Shown here in pieces: positions 44,983 through 54,537 of a stretch of DNA of 64,000 nt (the stretch's first letter is position 1; each line of letters starts with the position of its first letter). The DNA comes from a virus. The stretch is taken from positions 4,864 through 68,863 of IMG/VR virus record IMGVR_UViG_3300034418_011142; one strand, written 5' to 3'. Both the position numbers and the translations under genes were made by a program. The notes beneath the pieces are model-generated. The model was not told the DNA's origin and did no database searches. It worked only from the letters and a program-made list of their open reading frames with translations.

Positions 44983-46931
44983 AAGAAAAAATAAATAAAT
45001 ATATTTCTACTCCTTTAAATCCTTATATTAATTCGGAACTAGCTGTTGAGTATGAAAGCATAGGTCAAACTGCTTCTGCTTTATCTTATTACCTAAGAGC
45101 AGCTGAATTAACTTATGAAAAAAACCCAACTTTTGCTTATAGTTGTTTAATTAAAACTTTTCAACAAGTACAAAAACAAACGAGAAGAGAAGAATGGGAA
45201 AAAGAACAATTACATACCGCATTAGCATTCCTACCTAAAAGACCAGAAGCATATTACTTTTTAAGTTTATGGTATGAAAAAAATGGTAATTATAAAAAAA
45301 GTTATTCTTATGCCTGTATGGGATTAGAAGTAGCAGATCATAATCTCCCACCATTACCTCATGATGTAGGGTATCCTGGAAAATTTGTATTTAAATTCCA
45401 AAAAGCAGTTAGTAGTTGGTGGATTGGCCAAAGACATTATTCAGAAACATTATGGACAGAATTATATAAAGACCCAGATGTAGATGAATTTCATTTTCAG
45501 TTTGTAATTAATAATTTAATTAATTTTAAATTACTAAAAAATTCTCACGGTTTACTAGAATATAAAAAAGATGGTATAGATAAATTAAAATATAAATTTA
45601 AAGGGATAGAAAATATAGAAAAAAACTATTCCCAATGTTATCAAGATTTATTTGTACTAACAGTTTTAAATGGTAAAACTAATGGAACTTATTTAGAAGT
45701 AGGAGCTGGGGATCCATTTTATGGCAATAATACAATGTTATTAGAGGAATTAGGTTGGAAAGGAGTATCTTTAGACCTTGATAAAAAGTTTCTAAATAAA
45801 TGGAAAATGAAACGTTATCAAACTAATAAATGTATTAAACAAGATGCTACTACTGCTGATTACCTACAGATTGTAAAAGATAATGAGTTATCTAACACAA
45901 TAGACTATTTACAATTAGATTGTGACCCCGCTAAAAATACATATAAAGCACTTAAACAAATCCCTTTTGATAAATTACAATTTAGGGTAATTACTTATGA
46001 ACATGATTATTATTTAGATGCAACTCGTTCTTATAGAGAAAAATCACGTGAATTTTTACTATCCCAAGGTTATTTACTAGTAGCAGGAAATATTTCACCA
46101 GATAAAAAATCTCCATATGAGGATTGGTGGGTACATCCTGAATTAGTTGATATGAATATTGTAAATTCTTTAATTAATGATGGTAAAGGTATTTTACATG
46201 CTAAAGATTATATTTTAAATTCCCCCTTTGATTTTGGCCCTGTTAGTGATAACACAGAATTTTTAAAAGTGCTAAGTAAAGAAATTATAGAAGATAAAGT
46301 GTATGAAAAATTCAATCCTATTAAAGAAGGAGATATAGTAGTAGATTTAGGAGCAAATGTAGGATTATTTTCATATTCTATCTTAGATAAAAAACCTAAA
46401 CATATTTACTGTGTAGAACCAGAATCAGAATGTTATAATACACTTGTAAAAAATGTAGGCAATAACCCTAATGTAACTTGTATTAATAAGGCTATAGCTG
46501 AAAAAACGGAAGAAAAAGTTATTAAAGGTTTATTTAATAAAGATTCTATAGTTTGTTATAGTAATAAAGAAACATCCTGTCCTACTTTATCTTTAAAAGA
46601 TTTAGTAAAACAAAACAATATTAAAAAAATAGATTTTTTAAAATGTGATTGTGAAGGGGGAGAATATGAAATTTTTACTAAAGAAAATTACGATTGGATT
46701 ACTAAAAACGTTAAATATATAGCTGGGGAATTTCATCTTGCTGATATTTTTGATAAAAGAAATTTTATAAAATTTAGAGAACTTTACCTTCCTAAAAATA
46801 GTAAAAATTGGAAAATATTAACTATGGATTTAGAAGATATTACATATAAAGTTTGGGATGATGACTTTGTTAAAGATGATGATTGGGATTTTCTTTCTTT
46901 TAACCTCTATATTAATAATATATATTTATAA
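44964..46931 (+). CDS. TPR protein fused to two FkbM-like methyltransferase domains
   Basis: PKRPEAYYFL TPR region; YSQCYQD...YLEVGAGDP..GNNT...IDYLQLDCD; VVDLGANVGLF...VEP...IDFLKCDCEGGE. Confidence 0.8.
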   Translation: MGTDRLKEKINKYISTPLNPYINSELAVEYESIGQTASALSYYLRAAELTYEKNPTFAYSCLIKTFQQVQKQTRREEWEKEQLHTALAFLPKRPEAYYFLSLWYEKNGNYKKSYSYACMGLEVADHNLPPLPHDVGYPGKFVFKFQKAVSSWWIGQRHYSETLWTELYKDPDVDEFHFQFVINNLINFKLLKNSHGLLEYKKDGIDKLKYKFKGIENIEKNYSQCYQDLFVLTVLNGKTNGTYLEVGAGDPFYGNNTMLLEELGWKGVSLDLDKKFLNKWKMKRYQTNKCIKQDATTADYLQIVKDNELSNTIDYLQLDCDPAKNTYKALKQIPFDKLQFRVITYEHDYYLDATRSYREKSREFLLSQGYLLVAGNISPDKKSPYEDWWVHPELVDMNIVNSLINDGKGILHAKDYILNSPFDFGPVSDNTEFLKVLSKEIIEDKVYEKFNPIKEGDIVVDLGANVGLFSYSILDKKPKHIYCVEPESECYNTLVKNVGNNPNVTCINKAIAEKTEEKVIKGLFNKDSIVCYSNKETSCPTLSLKDLVKQNNIKKIDFLKCDCEGGEYEIFTKENYDWITKNVKYIAGEFHLADIFDKRNFIKFRELYLPKNSKNWKILTMDLEDITYKVWDDDFVKDDDWDFLSFNLYINNIYL

Positions 46932-46935
46932 TAAA
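46922..46935 (+). promoter_or_regulatory. Putative late promoter
   Basis: ATATTTATAATAAA. Confidence 0.7.
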
Positions 46936-46948
46936 ACAAATTTGCATA

Positions 46949-47263
46949 ATGACACACACTTGGAAAATTTTAGACCTTAAAAGAACCATATCTGACGGAG
47001 TAGTTAATTTAGTATCGTATGGATGCTTTACAGAACATGAAGAAGAACGTACTAGAACAATAGCAGACCTTGAAGTAACAGGATCTATAGATAACCCAGG
47101 ATTTATTGCTTATGATGATCTTACTCAAGAAGATGTTTTAGGATGGGTGGATGCCAATGTAGATAAAGCTGCCATTGAATCTCAAAATGAGGATAAAATA
47201 AATGCTTATATAGCTGAAAAAGCAGCCATTACTGAAGCTAATGGTACTCCTTGGGGAGAATAA
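46949..47263 (+). CDS. Small tail-fibre-associated protein
   Basis: TWKI..L...DGVV...FIAYDDLTQEDVLGWV...PW pattern typical of fibre-adjacent genes. Confidence 0.55.
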   Translation: MTHTWKILDLKRTISDGVVNLVSYGCFTEHEEERTRTIADLEVTGSIDNPGFIAYDDLTQEDVLGWVDANVDKAAIESQNEDKINAYIAEKAAITEANGTPWGE

Positions 47264-47300
47264 TTAAGATAAAATAGTTTTTAAAATTTAAAATAAAGTT

Positions 47301-48176
47301 ATGAATATTATATTTCAAATAGACGGTGGTCTAGGTAAATCTATTATGGCAACAGCCATGGTAAAAGTTATAAAAAAACGCTATAAAAATTGTAAATTAA
47401 TAGTAGTAACAGCCTACCCTGACGTATTTTTAAATAACCCTCATGTTGATAAGTTATACAAACCTGATCAAATGAATGGGGCATATCTTAAGTATGTTAA
47501 AGATCAAGATTGTAAAATATTTGTAGAAGACCCTTATCGCCATTCTGATTTTATTACTGAAAAACACCATTTATTTAGAACATGGTGCAAAATATTTGGT
47601 TTAAACTATGGAGGAGAACAACCTGAACTTTATTTAACCCAACCGGAAATAGATTACTTTACTCCTTTTTATAAATTAGATAAACCTATTTTAGCTATTC
47701 AAACAAATGGAGGACCACAAGGTCAAGGATTCAAATACTCTTGGACAAGAGATATCCCAGATCCAACAGTGTTAGATATTATTAATCATTATAAAAATGA
47801 TTACGCTATTATCCACATAAAAAGACAAGATCAAAATACCTACCCTGATACCATGCAAGCTTTAGATGGTTTTAGAAGTATAGCTATTCTGTTACAATTA
47901 TCACAAAAAAGATTATTAATGGATTCTTTTGCCCAACATTTAGCTGCAACCCAAGGAAAAAAATCAACTGTATGTTGGGTAACAACTAAACCAGAGGTAT
48001 TTGGGTATAAATTACATGATAATATTTTATCTAATCCTTTTACTAAAGACCCATTTATTCAAAATTCAATTTATCAACCTTTTAATTTAGCACAAGACAT
48101 TTCATCTATCCCCTATAATGATTTAAGGGAAGTATTTGATACAAATAAAATTATAGAATCAATAAACAAACAATAA
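47301..48176 (+). CDS. GT-B fold glycosyltransferase (GT9/heptosyltransferase-like)
   Basis: GGLGKSIMAT...NNPHVD...PELYL...MDSFAQHLAA...W..T.PEVFGY. Confidence 0.7.
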   Translation: MNIIFQIDGGLGKSIMATAMVKVIKKRYKNCKLIVVTAYPDVFLNNPHVDKLYKPDQMNGAYLKYVKDQDCKIFVEDPYRHSDFITEKHHLFRTWCKIFGLNYGGEQPELYLTQPEIDYFTPFYKLDKPILAIQTNGGPQGQGFKYSWTRDIPDPTVLDIINHYKNDYAIIHIKRQDQNTYPDTMQALDGFRSIAILLQLSQKRLLMDSFAQHLAATQGKKSTVCWVTTKPEVFGYKLHDNILSNPFTKDPFIQNSIYQPFNLAQDISSIPYNDLREVFDTNKIIESINKQ

Positions 48177-48194
48177 TTTTTAATATAAAAATAT

Positions 48195-48208
48195 ATATTT
48201 ATAATAAA
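48195..48208 (+). promoter_or_regulatory. Putative late promoter
   Basis: ATATTTATAATAAA. Confidence 0.7.
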
Positions 48209-48216
48209 GTTACAAA

Positions 48217-48471
48217 ATGAGTGAAGTAATCAAATTACAAGAAGAAGAATTGCAAAACTTAAAAAAGTTGCAAAACGAAGGAAACGAAATACAATTTGCT
48301 TTAGGGCAAGTTGAATTTAGTAAAATTAACTTAGAAAAAACAAAATCTAATATTCTAGAAAGATTAGATAAGCTACAACAAGAACAAACAACTGTAGCTA
48401 AACAACTTCAAGAAAAATATGGAGAAGGTAATATTGATCTAGAAAAAGGAGAATTTACTAAAGCAAGTTAG
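48217..48471 (+). CDS. Small coiled-coil protein (paralog of 42489)
   Basis: KLQEEEL...LGQV...KYGEGNIDLEKGEF. Confidence 0.6.
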   Translation: MSEVIKLQEEELQNLKKLQNEGNEIQFALGQVEFSKINLEKTKSNILERLDKLQQEQTTVAKQLQEKYGEGNIDLEKGEFTKAS

Positions 48472-48490
48472 TTTTTTGAAAAAGGTTTCA

Positions 48491-48504
48491 ATATTTATAA
48501 TAAA
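48491..48504 (+). promoter_or_regulatory. Putative late promoter
   Basis: ATATTTATAATAAA. Confidence 0.7.
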
Positions 48505-48530
48505 AACAATATTAAAATAATATATTTAAA

Positions 48531-50273
48531 ATGGCAGAAACTTTATTATCTCCAGGTGTATTAGCAAGAGAAAATGATCAATCTCAAATAACACAAGGTC
48601 CTCAGGAAGTTGGAGCAGCTATTATTGGTCCAACTGCTAAGGGTCCAGTAGAAATCCCAACTTTAGTTACATCTTATAGCCAATATCAAGGAATATTTGA
48701 TGCAACTATAGAAAGTGGATCTACTACTTATTCTTATTTAACATCCATTGCAGTAAATAATTATTTTCAAAATGGAGGAAGATCTATGTTAGTAACACGT
48801 GTTACTAGTGGTTCATTTACTCCTGCAACCAGTTCAATTATTCCTACGGGATCTGAAGGTCCTACTACAGGTTTATCCCCTTTTGTTTTAGAAACAATTT
48901 CTGAAGGAGAAATTATGAACTCAACTTCAGATGAAATTGGAGGTGGAGCTTTAGACTCAGGTAGTGTAGATAATATTAGATGGGAAATAGCTAGTGCTAA
49001 TTCATCATCTGGTACCTTTAGTTTATTAATTCGTAGAGGAGATGATCAGCATAATAGAAAAGTAGTATTAGAAACATATAGTAATTTATCACTAGATCCT
49101 TATGCTTCTAATTATGTTTCTAAAGTAATTGGTGATGTAGATTATACTTTAGTAGAAGATACTACAACAGGTGAATATTATATTCAAGAAAGTGGATCTT
49201 ACGCTAATGTTTCACGATATGTAAGAGTAAAACAAGTAAATTATAATACACCAAAATATTTTAATAATACAGGAACTGCAAAAGATATATTTACAGGATC
49301 TTTACCTGTAATTTCATCAGGATCTTTTGGAAACGCTGCTGGATCTAACATTCCAACAGGTAGAAAACAAAATTTCTACAATAGTATAGATAATACAGAT
49401 TCTCAAGGATTGCTAGGTTCAGATTATAATAATGCAATTTCATTATTATCTAATACAGATGATTATAGATTTAATGTTATAGTTGCTCCTGGATTAATTA
49501 ATGCTAATGGATCTACAGGTACTACTCAAATTACTAATATAGTTAATAACTCTATTTCTCGTGGAGATTCTATCGCAGTAATTGATTTAGTAAATTATAA
49601 TGCACAAGTTACTACTGTAACAAACGCTGCTGCAGGATTTGATAGTTCATATGCCGCTACATACTGGCCTTGGTTACAAACAGTAGACCCAAATACTGGA
49701 GAATTAGTATGGGTACCAGCTTCAACAATGATACCAGGAGTATTTGCTTATACAGATGCTTCAAGTGAACCATGGTTCGCACCAGCAGGTATTACAAGAG
49801 GTGGATTAGGACAAGTTACTAGAGCTGAAAGAAGATTATCTACAGCAAACCGTGATTTATTATATGAAGCTAATGTTAACCCAATTGCAACATTCCCAGG
49901 AAGTGGAGTTGTAGTATTTGGCCAGAAAACATTACAGAAAAGAGCTAGTGCTTTAGATAGAGTAAATGTACGTAGATTATTAATTGCTCTTAAAGGATAC
50001 ATTTCTCAAGTAGCTGATAATTTAGTATTTGAACAAAATACAATTGCTACAAGAAATAACTTCTTAACACAAGTTAACCCATATTTAGAGTCAGTACAAC
50101 AAAGACAAGGATTATATGCTTTTAAAGTAGTAATGGATGATACAAATAACACTCCAGATGTGATAGATAGAAATGAATTAATTGGACAAATTTTCATTCA
50201 ACCAACTAGAACAGCTGAGTTTATTATCCTAGACTTTAATGTATTACCAACAGGTGCTACATTTCCAGCATAA
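48531..50273 (+). CDS. Tail sheath protein (gp18-like)
   Basis: LSPGVLAREND, YWPW, PWFAPAG..RG, NVNPI, FGQKT, DRVNVRRLL, FEQN, PTRTAEFI. Confidence 0.95.
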   Translation: MAETLLSPGVLARENDQSQITQGPQEVGAAIIGPTAKGPVEIPTLVTSYSQYQGIFDATIESGSTTYSYLTSIAVNNYFQNGGRSMLVTRVTSGSFTPATSSIIPTGSEGPTTGLSPFVLETISEGEIMNSTSDEIGGGALDSGSVDNIRWEIASANSSSGTFSLLIRRGDDQHNRKVVLETYSNLSLDPYASNYVSKVIGDVDYTLVEDTTTGEYYIQESGSYANVSRYVRVKQVNYNTPKYFNNTGTAKDIFTGSLPVISSGSFGNAAGSNIPTGRKQNFYNSIDNTDSQGLLGSDYNNAISLLSNTDDYRFNVIVAPGLINANGSTGTTQITNIVNNSISRGDSIAVIDLVNYNAQVTTVTNAAAGFDSSYAATYWPWLQTVDPNTGELVWVPASTMIPGVFAYTDASSEPWFAPAGITRGGLGQVTRAERRLSTANRDLLYEANVNPIATFPGSGVVVFGQKTLQKRASALDRVNVRRLLIALKGYISQVADNLVFEQNTIATRNNFLTQVNPYLESVQQRQGLYAFKVVMDDTNNTPDVIDRNELIGQIFIQPTRTAEFIILDFNVLPTGATFPA

Positions 50274-50288
50274 AAATTAAAAAATAGA

Positions 50289-50300
50289 ATATTTATAATA
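50289..50300 (+). promoter_or_regulatory. Putative late promoter
   Basis: ATATTTATAATA. Confidence 0.7.
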
Positions 50301-50320
50301 GATAAAAAAACATATACAAA

Positions 50321-50809
50321 ATGGCAGTATTAGATCCAAACGAAATATTTTTTACAGCTTTTGAACCAAAACAAAAGAACAGGTTCATTATGTACATTGA
50401 TGGATTTCCATCTTATATAATGAAAGGTGTAGGAGCTGTAACTGTAGAACAAGGAACAGTACCTTTGAACCACATTAATGTTGAAAGATATGTAAAAGGT
50501 AAAACAAAATGGGGTACTATTGAATTTACATTATTTGATCCAATCACCCCATCTGGTGCCCAAGCAGTAATGGAATGGGTACGTTTACACCACGAATCAG
50601 TAACTGGTAGAGATGGTTATAGTGATTTCTATAAGAAAGACTTAACAATTAATGTACTAGGACCTGTAGGTGATATCGTTTCAGAATGGATTATCAAAGG
50701 AGCAATGATTACAAATGCTTCATTTGGGGATTTCAATTGGGATACTGAAAATGCTGCTCAAGAACTTACAATGACTGTACAACCAGATTATTGTATATTA
50801 AATTTCTAA
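50321..50809 (+). CDS. Tail tube protein (gp19-like)
   Basis: FEPKQKNRF, GKTKW, YKKD...LGPVGDIVSEW..KGA; follows the sheath. Confidence 0.88.
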   Translation: MAVLDPNEIFFTAFEPKQKNRFIMYIDGFPSYIMKGVGAVTVEQGTVPLNHINVERYVKGKTKWGTIEFTLFDPITPSGAQAVMEWVRLHHESVTGRDGYSDFYKKDLTINVLGPVGDIVSEWIIKGAMITNASFGDFNWDTENAAQELTMTVQPDYCILNF

Positions 50810-50840
50810 TACAACCAACCCTCACATACCTCAAAAAATT

Positions 50841-50866
50841 GCTTGGCTTCGGTCAAGCTTTTTTTT
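50841..50866 (+). terminator. Intrinsic terminator
   Basis: GCTTGGC-TTCG-GTCAAGC plus T8. Confidence 0.9.
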
Positions 50867-50872
50867 ATCTTA

Positions 50873-50883
50873 ATATTTATCAA
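50873..50883 (+). promoter_or_regulatory. Putative late promoter (variant)
   Basis: ATATTTATCAA after the terminator. Confidence 0.55.
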
Positions 50884-50912
50884 CGTAAAAACGTTTTAAT
50901 TAAATAAAGATT

Positions 50913-51638
50913 ATGAGTGAATTTAAATTCCCAACTGAAGAAGTTGAATTGCCATCAAAAGGATTAGTTTATCCTGAAGATAATCCTCTTTCAAGTGGTA
51001 AAGTTGAAATTAAATATATGACTGCTAAGGAAGAAGATATTTTATCTAACCAATCTTATATCCAAAAAGGTACAGTTTTAGATAAATTATTAGAATCTGT
51101 AATTATTTCTAAAATTAATATTAATGATTTAATTATAGGGGATAAAAATGCTTTACTAGTAGCTACTCGTATTTTAGGATATGGAAAAAAATATTCTTTT
51201 ACTTATAATAGAAAGCAATATGATATAGATTTAACTGAATTAGAAAACAAACCATTTGATGAATCTTTAATTACTAAAGGTAAAAATGAGTTTTCTTTTA
51301 CTCTTCCTAATAGTGGAACCCTTATTACCTATAAAATCCTTACAGGAAATGATGAGAAAAAAATAGAAAGAGAATTAGCTGGGCTTAAAAAACTTAATAA
51401 AGATAATGTTCCCCAACTTACTACTAGATTAAAGTATATTATTACATCTGTTGATGGTGAAACTGAAACTAAAAAAATTAGAGAATTTGTTGATGGGTAT
51501 TTACTAGCTCGTGATTCCCGTGCTTTTAGAGAACATATGGCCCAAACCCAACCAGATGTTGATTTAACTTATGTCATTGACAGTGGAGAGGAGGTAAGTG
51601 TGCCCATTGGGCTTAACTTTTTTTGGCCTGACCTCTGA
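50913..51638 (+). CDS. Baseplate hub/tail assembly chaperone (gp26-like)
   Basis: VELPSKG, MTAKEEDIL, GDKNALLVATRILGYG, C-terminal NFFWP. Confidence 0.75.
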   Translation: MSEFKFPTEEVELPSKGLVYPEDNPLSSGKVEIKYMTAKEEDILSNQSYIQKGTVLDKLLESVIISKININDLIIGDKNALLVATRILGYGKKYSFTYNRKQYDIDLTELENKPFDESLITKGKNEFSFTLPNSGTLITYKILTGNDEKKIERELAGLKKLNKDNVPQLTTRLKYIITSVDGETETKKIREFVDGYLLARDSRAFREHMAQTQPDVDLTYVIDSGEEVSVPIGLNFFWPDL

Positions 51639-51918
51639 AATAGCATCCGAAGCTAGAGTTGGATTATTTAAACAAATCCACGAAATAATATTCCATGGGA
51701 AAGGTGGGTATGATTTTTATACCATATATAATATGCCTATTTGGTTACGAAAATATACTTACTCAGAAATTAAAAAGTGGTATGAACAAGAAGCAGATGC
51801 GGCAAAAGGCAAAACTTCTAAAAACGAAACTAACCTAATTAATCCAGATGGCTCTGTAAATACCCCAGAGTTTTTAAAAGCATCAAAACCATATAAGGGG
51901 AAAAGCAGCTATAAATAG
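51619..51918 (+). CDS. Frameshift-extension ORF of the tail assembly chaperone (gp51/gpT-like)
   Basis: +1 frame overlapping the chaperone end at a T7 run; only a GTG start at 51598; IYNMPIWLRK motif. Confidence 0.6.
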   Translation, partial: FFGLTSEIASEARVGLFKQIHEIIFHGKGGYDFYTIYNMPIWLRKYTYSEIKKWYEQEADAAKGKTSKNETNLINPDGSVNTPEFLKASKPYKGKSSYK

Positions 51919-51929
51919 TTGCTTTTTTT
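51901..51929 (+). terminator. Intrinsic terminator
   Basis: AAAAGCAGCTA-TAAA-TAGTTGCTTTT plus Ts. Confidence 0.8.
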
Positions 51930-51930
51930 A

Positions 51931-51941
51931 ATATTTATAAC
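51931..51941 (+). promoter_or_regulatory. Putative late promoter
   Basis: ATATTTATAAC. Confidence 0.65.
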
Positions 51942-51955
51942 ATATACATTTTTAT

Positions 51956-54292
51956 ATGGCCACATCTGACGAAATCAAAAAATTAAATGATCAAATACAA
52001 CAACTTTCTAAAGAGTTGGGGAAAAAGTCTTTTAAAGTATTTGATAATAGTGAATTAAACGAAGCAAATGCCGTATTGAGGGGTCTACGAAGTGAATTAA
52101 ATGAAATGACATCCGATATAGGGGATATTGCTGCTGGGTTTAAAAATGTAGTCCAAGAAATGCAAAAAAGTAGTGTTCCTTTAGGAGATACTAAAAAATC
52201 ATTTCGAAATTTATCTAAATTAGCTCAAGATCTTAAAAATGATCAAGAAGGAATTGAAAGATTAAATCAAAAACAACTTAAATCTCTTCAAGATAAAGTT
52301 CTAAAAGAAAGATCAAATTTAGAAACCACTAAAAAGAATCTTCAAGCAAAATACGATGAAAATACTGCAACAGATGCCGAACTTGCAGCATTAAATGAAA
52401 TAACAGGAACATTAGAAGGAAATAATGCTTTGTATGAAGATTTAACTAATCAAGTCCAAGCTAGATTAGATAAAGAACTAGAAGTTCAAGATGCACTTGG
52501 TGCAGGTCCTAAAATACTAGGAGCTATTGGAACACAATTAAAAAAATTAGGCCTTCCTGATTTTGGGTTAGAAAAAAGTTTACAAGAAACTGAAGATCTT
52601 TTAAGAGATGAAGAAGGAAGAGTAGATGCTCAAAAAGCCATATCTACATTTAGTGGCAAATTTAAAGAAAATCTATTAAAATCCTTCACCCCAGCTAATA
52701 TGATTGCTTTTGCAGCCAAATCATTATTAGAAGCGGTTGTTGGAGCGGATAAAGCTACTGCGGAATTAGCAAAAAGTATGAATACGTCATTTGATGCCGC
52801 TAATAATCTAAGGTCTGACTTAACTAATATTGCAATGCTTTCTGGGGAAACTTTTGTTAATACAAAAGGTTTACAAGATTCTTTAGTATCTATCAACCAA
52901 ACATTAGGTACTAATGTAATGCTTAATGAAGAAAATTTAGTTACTTTTACTAAATTAAGGGAACAAGCGGGTCTTACCAATGAAGAATTAATGGGAATCC
53001 AATCTATAGCAAATGCTACAGGGGGGGATTTAGAAAATATGACAGGAGAATTTTTAGCTCAAGCTAAAATAACTGCTACACAAAATGGAGCTATATTAAA
53101 CGAAAAACAATTACTTTCAGAAGTAGATAAAATATCAGCAGCTACTACCTTATCATTAGGTAAAAACCCAAAAGCATTAGCGGAAGCATCAGCTACCGCA
53201 AAAGCATTTGGGATGGAAATGTCTAAAGTAGAAGCTATAGCTGGAAGTTTACTTGAGTTTGAATCCTCAATTGAATCCGAACTTGAAGCAGAATTATTAT
53301 TAGGTAAAAATATTAATTTAGAAAAAGCTAGACAAGCAGCATTAAATAATGATTTAGCTACTGTAGCAAAAGAAATTGCAGATCAAGCAGGTTCGGCTGC
53401 AGAATTTGCTGAAATGAATAGAATCCAACAGGAAGCTTTAGCTAAATCTGTTGGTATGTCTAGAGAAGATTTAGCTCAAACTTTATATGTACAAGAACAA
53501 ATAGCAGGAGTTAGTAAAGAAGAAGCTGAAAAAAGAGAAAAATTATTAAATCAAAGAATCCAAGAAGTTGGGTTAACTCAAGCACAAAATGAACTAGCCA
53601 AAGATGGTTTTGAAACAATAGAAAACCAGGCAGGTGTAGCTGATAGATTAGGGGCTATAACTGATAAAATTAAAGATGTTTTTGTTGCAATGAGCCCTGC
53701 AATTTTAGCCATAGGAGATGCTTTAACTTTAGCATTAGAACCCTTAAATTTAATATTTGGTGTTATTGGATTTATAGGAGATTTATTTAGTGGAATAGGA
53801 GAAAAAATTAGTAGTTTAATAGGTCCTTTAGGAGTAGTAGGAAAGATTTTAAAAGGACTAGCTAGTATAGCCATTGTATTTGCAGCATATAAAGCATACG
53901 CTTCATTAGCATCTATTCCAGTATTCGGAGTACCTTTAGGAATTGCAGCTGCCGCCGCTGTAACATCTGCAGGATTTGGTTTATTAAAAGCTATAAAAAC
54001 AGGAGATATGCTTTCTGAAGCAAAGGGTAAAACTATGGTTTCTTCTAAAGAAGGAGGGCTATTTGAACTTTCTCCTAATGATGACTTAGTTGCCGCTCCT
54101 GGAGCAGCCCAAGCAATTAGAAATGCTTCCCAAAATAATAACCAAACTACTAATCAAGTAGTAATGGAAAATAAAGAAGCTAAAGAAACAAACGAATTAT
54201 TACGTCAAATTTTAACTAAACAAGGAACAGTAACTATGGATTCTACTGAAGTAGGTACTGCATTTGCTATGAGTTCATATCAAGTTCAATAA
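51956..54292 (+). CDS. Tape measure protein
   Basis: Long helical Ala/Leu-rich protein after the chaperones, with hydrophobic segments near the C-terminus. Confidence 0.85.
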   Translation: MATSDEIKKLNDQIQQLSKELGKKSFKVFDNSELNEANAVLRGLRSELNEMTSDIGDIAAGFKNVVQEMQKSSVPLGDTKKSFRNLSKLAQDLKNDQEGIERLNQKQLKSLQDKVLKERSNLETTKKNLQAKYDENTATDAELAALNEITGTLEGNNALYEDLTNQVQARLDKELEVQDALGAGPKILGAIGTQLKKLGLPDFGLEKSLQETEDLLRDEEGRVDAQKAISTFSGKFKENLLKSFTPANMIAFAAKSLLEAVVGADKATAELAKSMNTSFDAANNLRSDLTNIAMLSGETFVNTKGLQDSLVSINQTLGTNVMLNEENLVTFTKLREQAGLTNEELMGIQSIANATGGDLENMTGEFLAQAKITATQNGAILNEKQLLSEVDKISAATTLSLGKNPKALAEASATAKAFGMEMSKVEAIAGSLLEFESSIESELEAELLLGKNINLEKARQAALNNDLATVAKEIADQAGSAAEFAEMNRIQQEALAKSVGMSREDLAQTLYVQEQIAGVSKEEAEKREKLLNQRIQEVGLTQAQNELAKDGFETIENQAGVADRLGAITDKIKDVFVAMSPAILAIGDALTLALEPLNLIFGVIGFIGDLFSGIGEKISSLIGPLGVVGKILKGLASIAIVFAAYKAYASLASIPVFGVPLGIAAAAAVTSAGFGLLKAIKTGDMLSEAKGKTMVSSKEGGLFELSPNDDLVAAPGAAQAIRNASQNNNQTTNQVVMENKEAKETNELLRQILTKQGTVTMDSTEVGTAFAMSSYQVQ

Positions 54293-54296
54293 TCTA

Positions 54297-54310
54297 ATAT
54301 TTATAATAAA
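54297..54310 (+). promoter_or_regulatory. Putative late promoter
   Basis: ATATTTATAATAAA. Confidence 0.7.
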
Positions 54311-54319
54311 ACAAAAATT

Positions 54320-54529
54320 ATGAGTTTATTAAATAAATTACAACAACAAGGTTCAGATCTATCAGGTTTAAACGGAGGAACTCCTGCAATCCCAAATTTT
54401 GCAGATTCAAAAGTACATGATACTTATTCAATTAATGGTAACCCTAGCAGAACAGGAAAACCAGCTCCTTCAAATTTAGATTTAGATGGTATAACACCAT
54501 CTAAGTATTCTGATAACTTACCTTCATAA
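54320..54529 (+). CDS. Small tail/baseplate-module protein
   Basis: ORF behind a late promoter; PSNLDLDG..P.KY.DNLP. Confidence 0.5.
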   Translation: MSLLNKLQQQGSDLSGLNGGTPAIPNFADSKVHDTYSINGNPSRTGKPAPSNLDLDGITPSKYSDNLPS

Positions 54530-54537
54530 ATTAAAAT

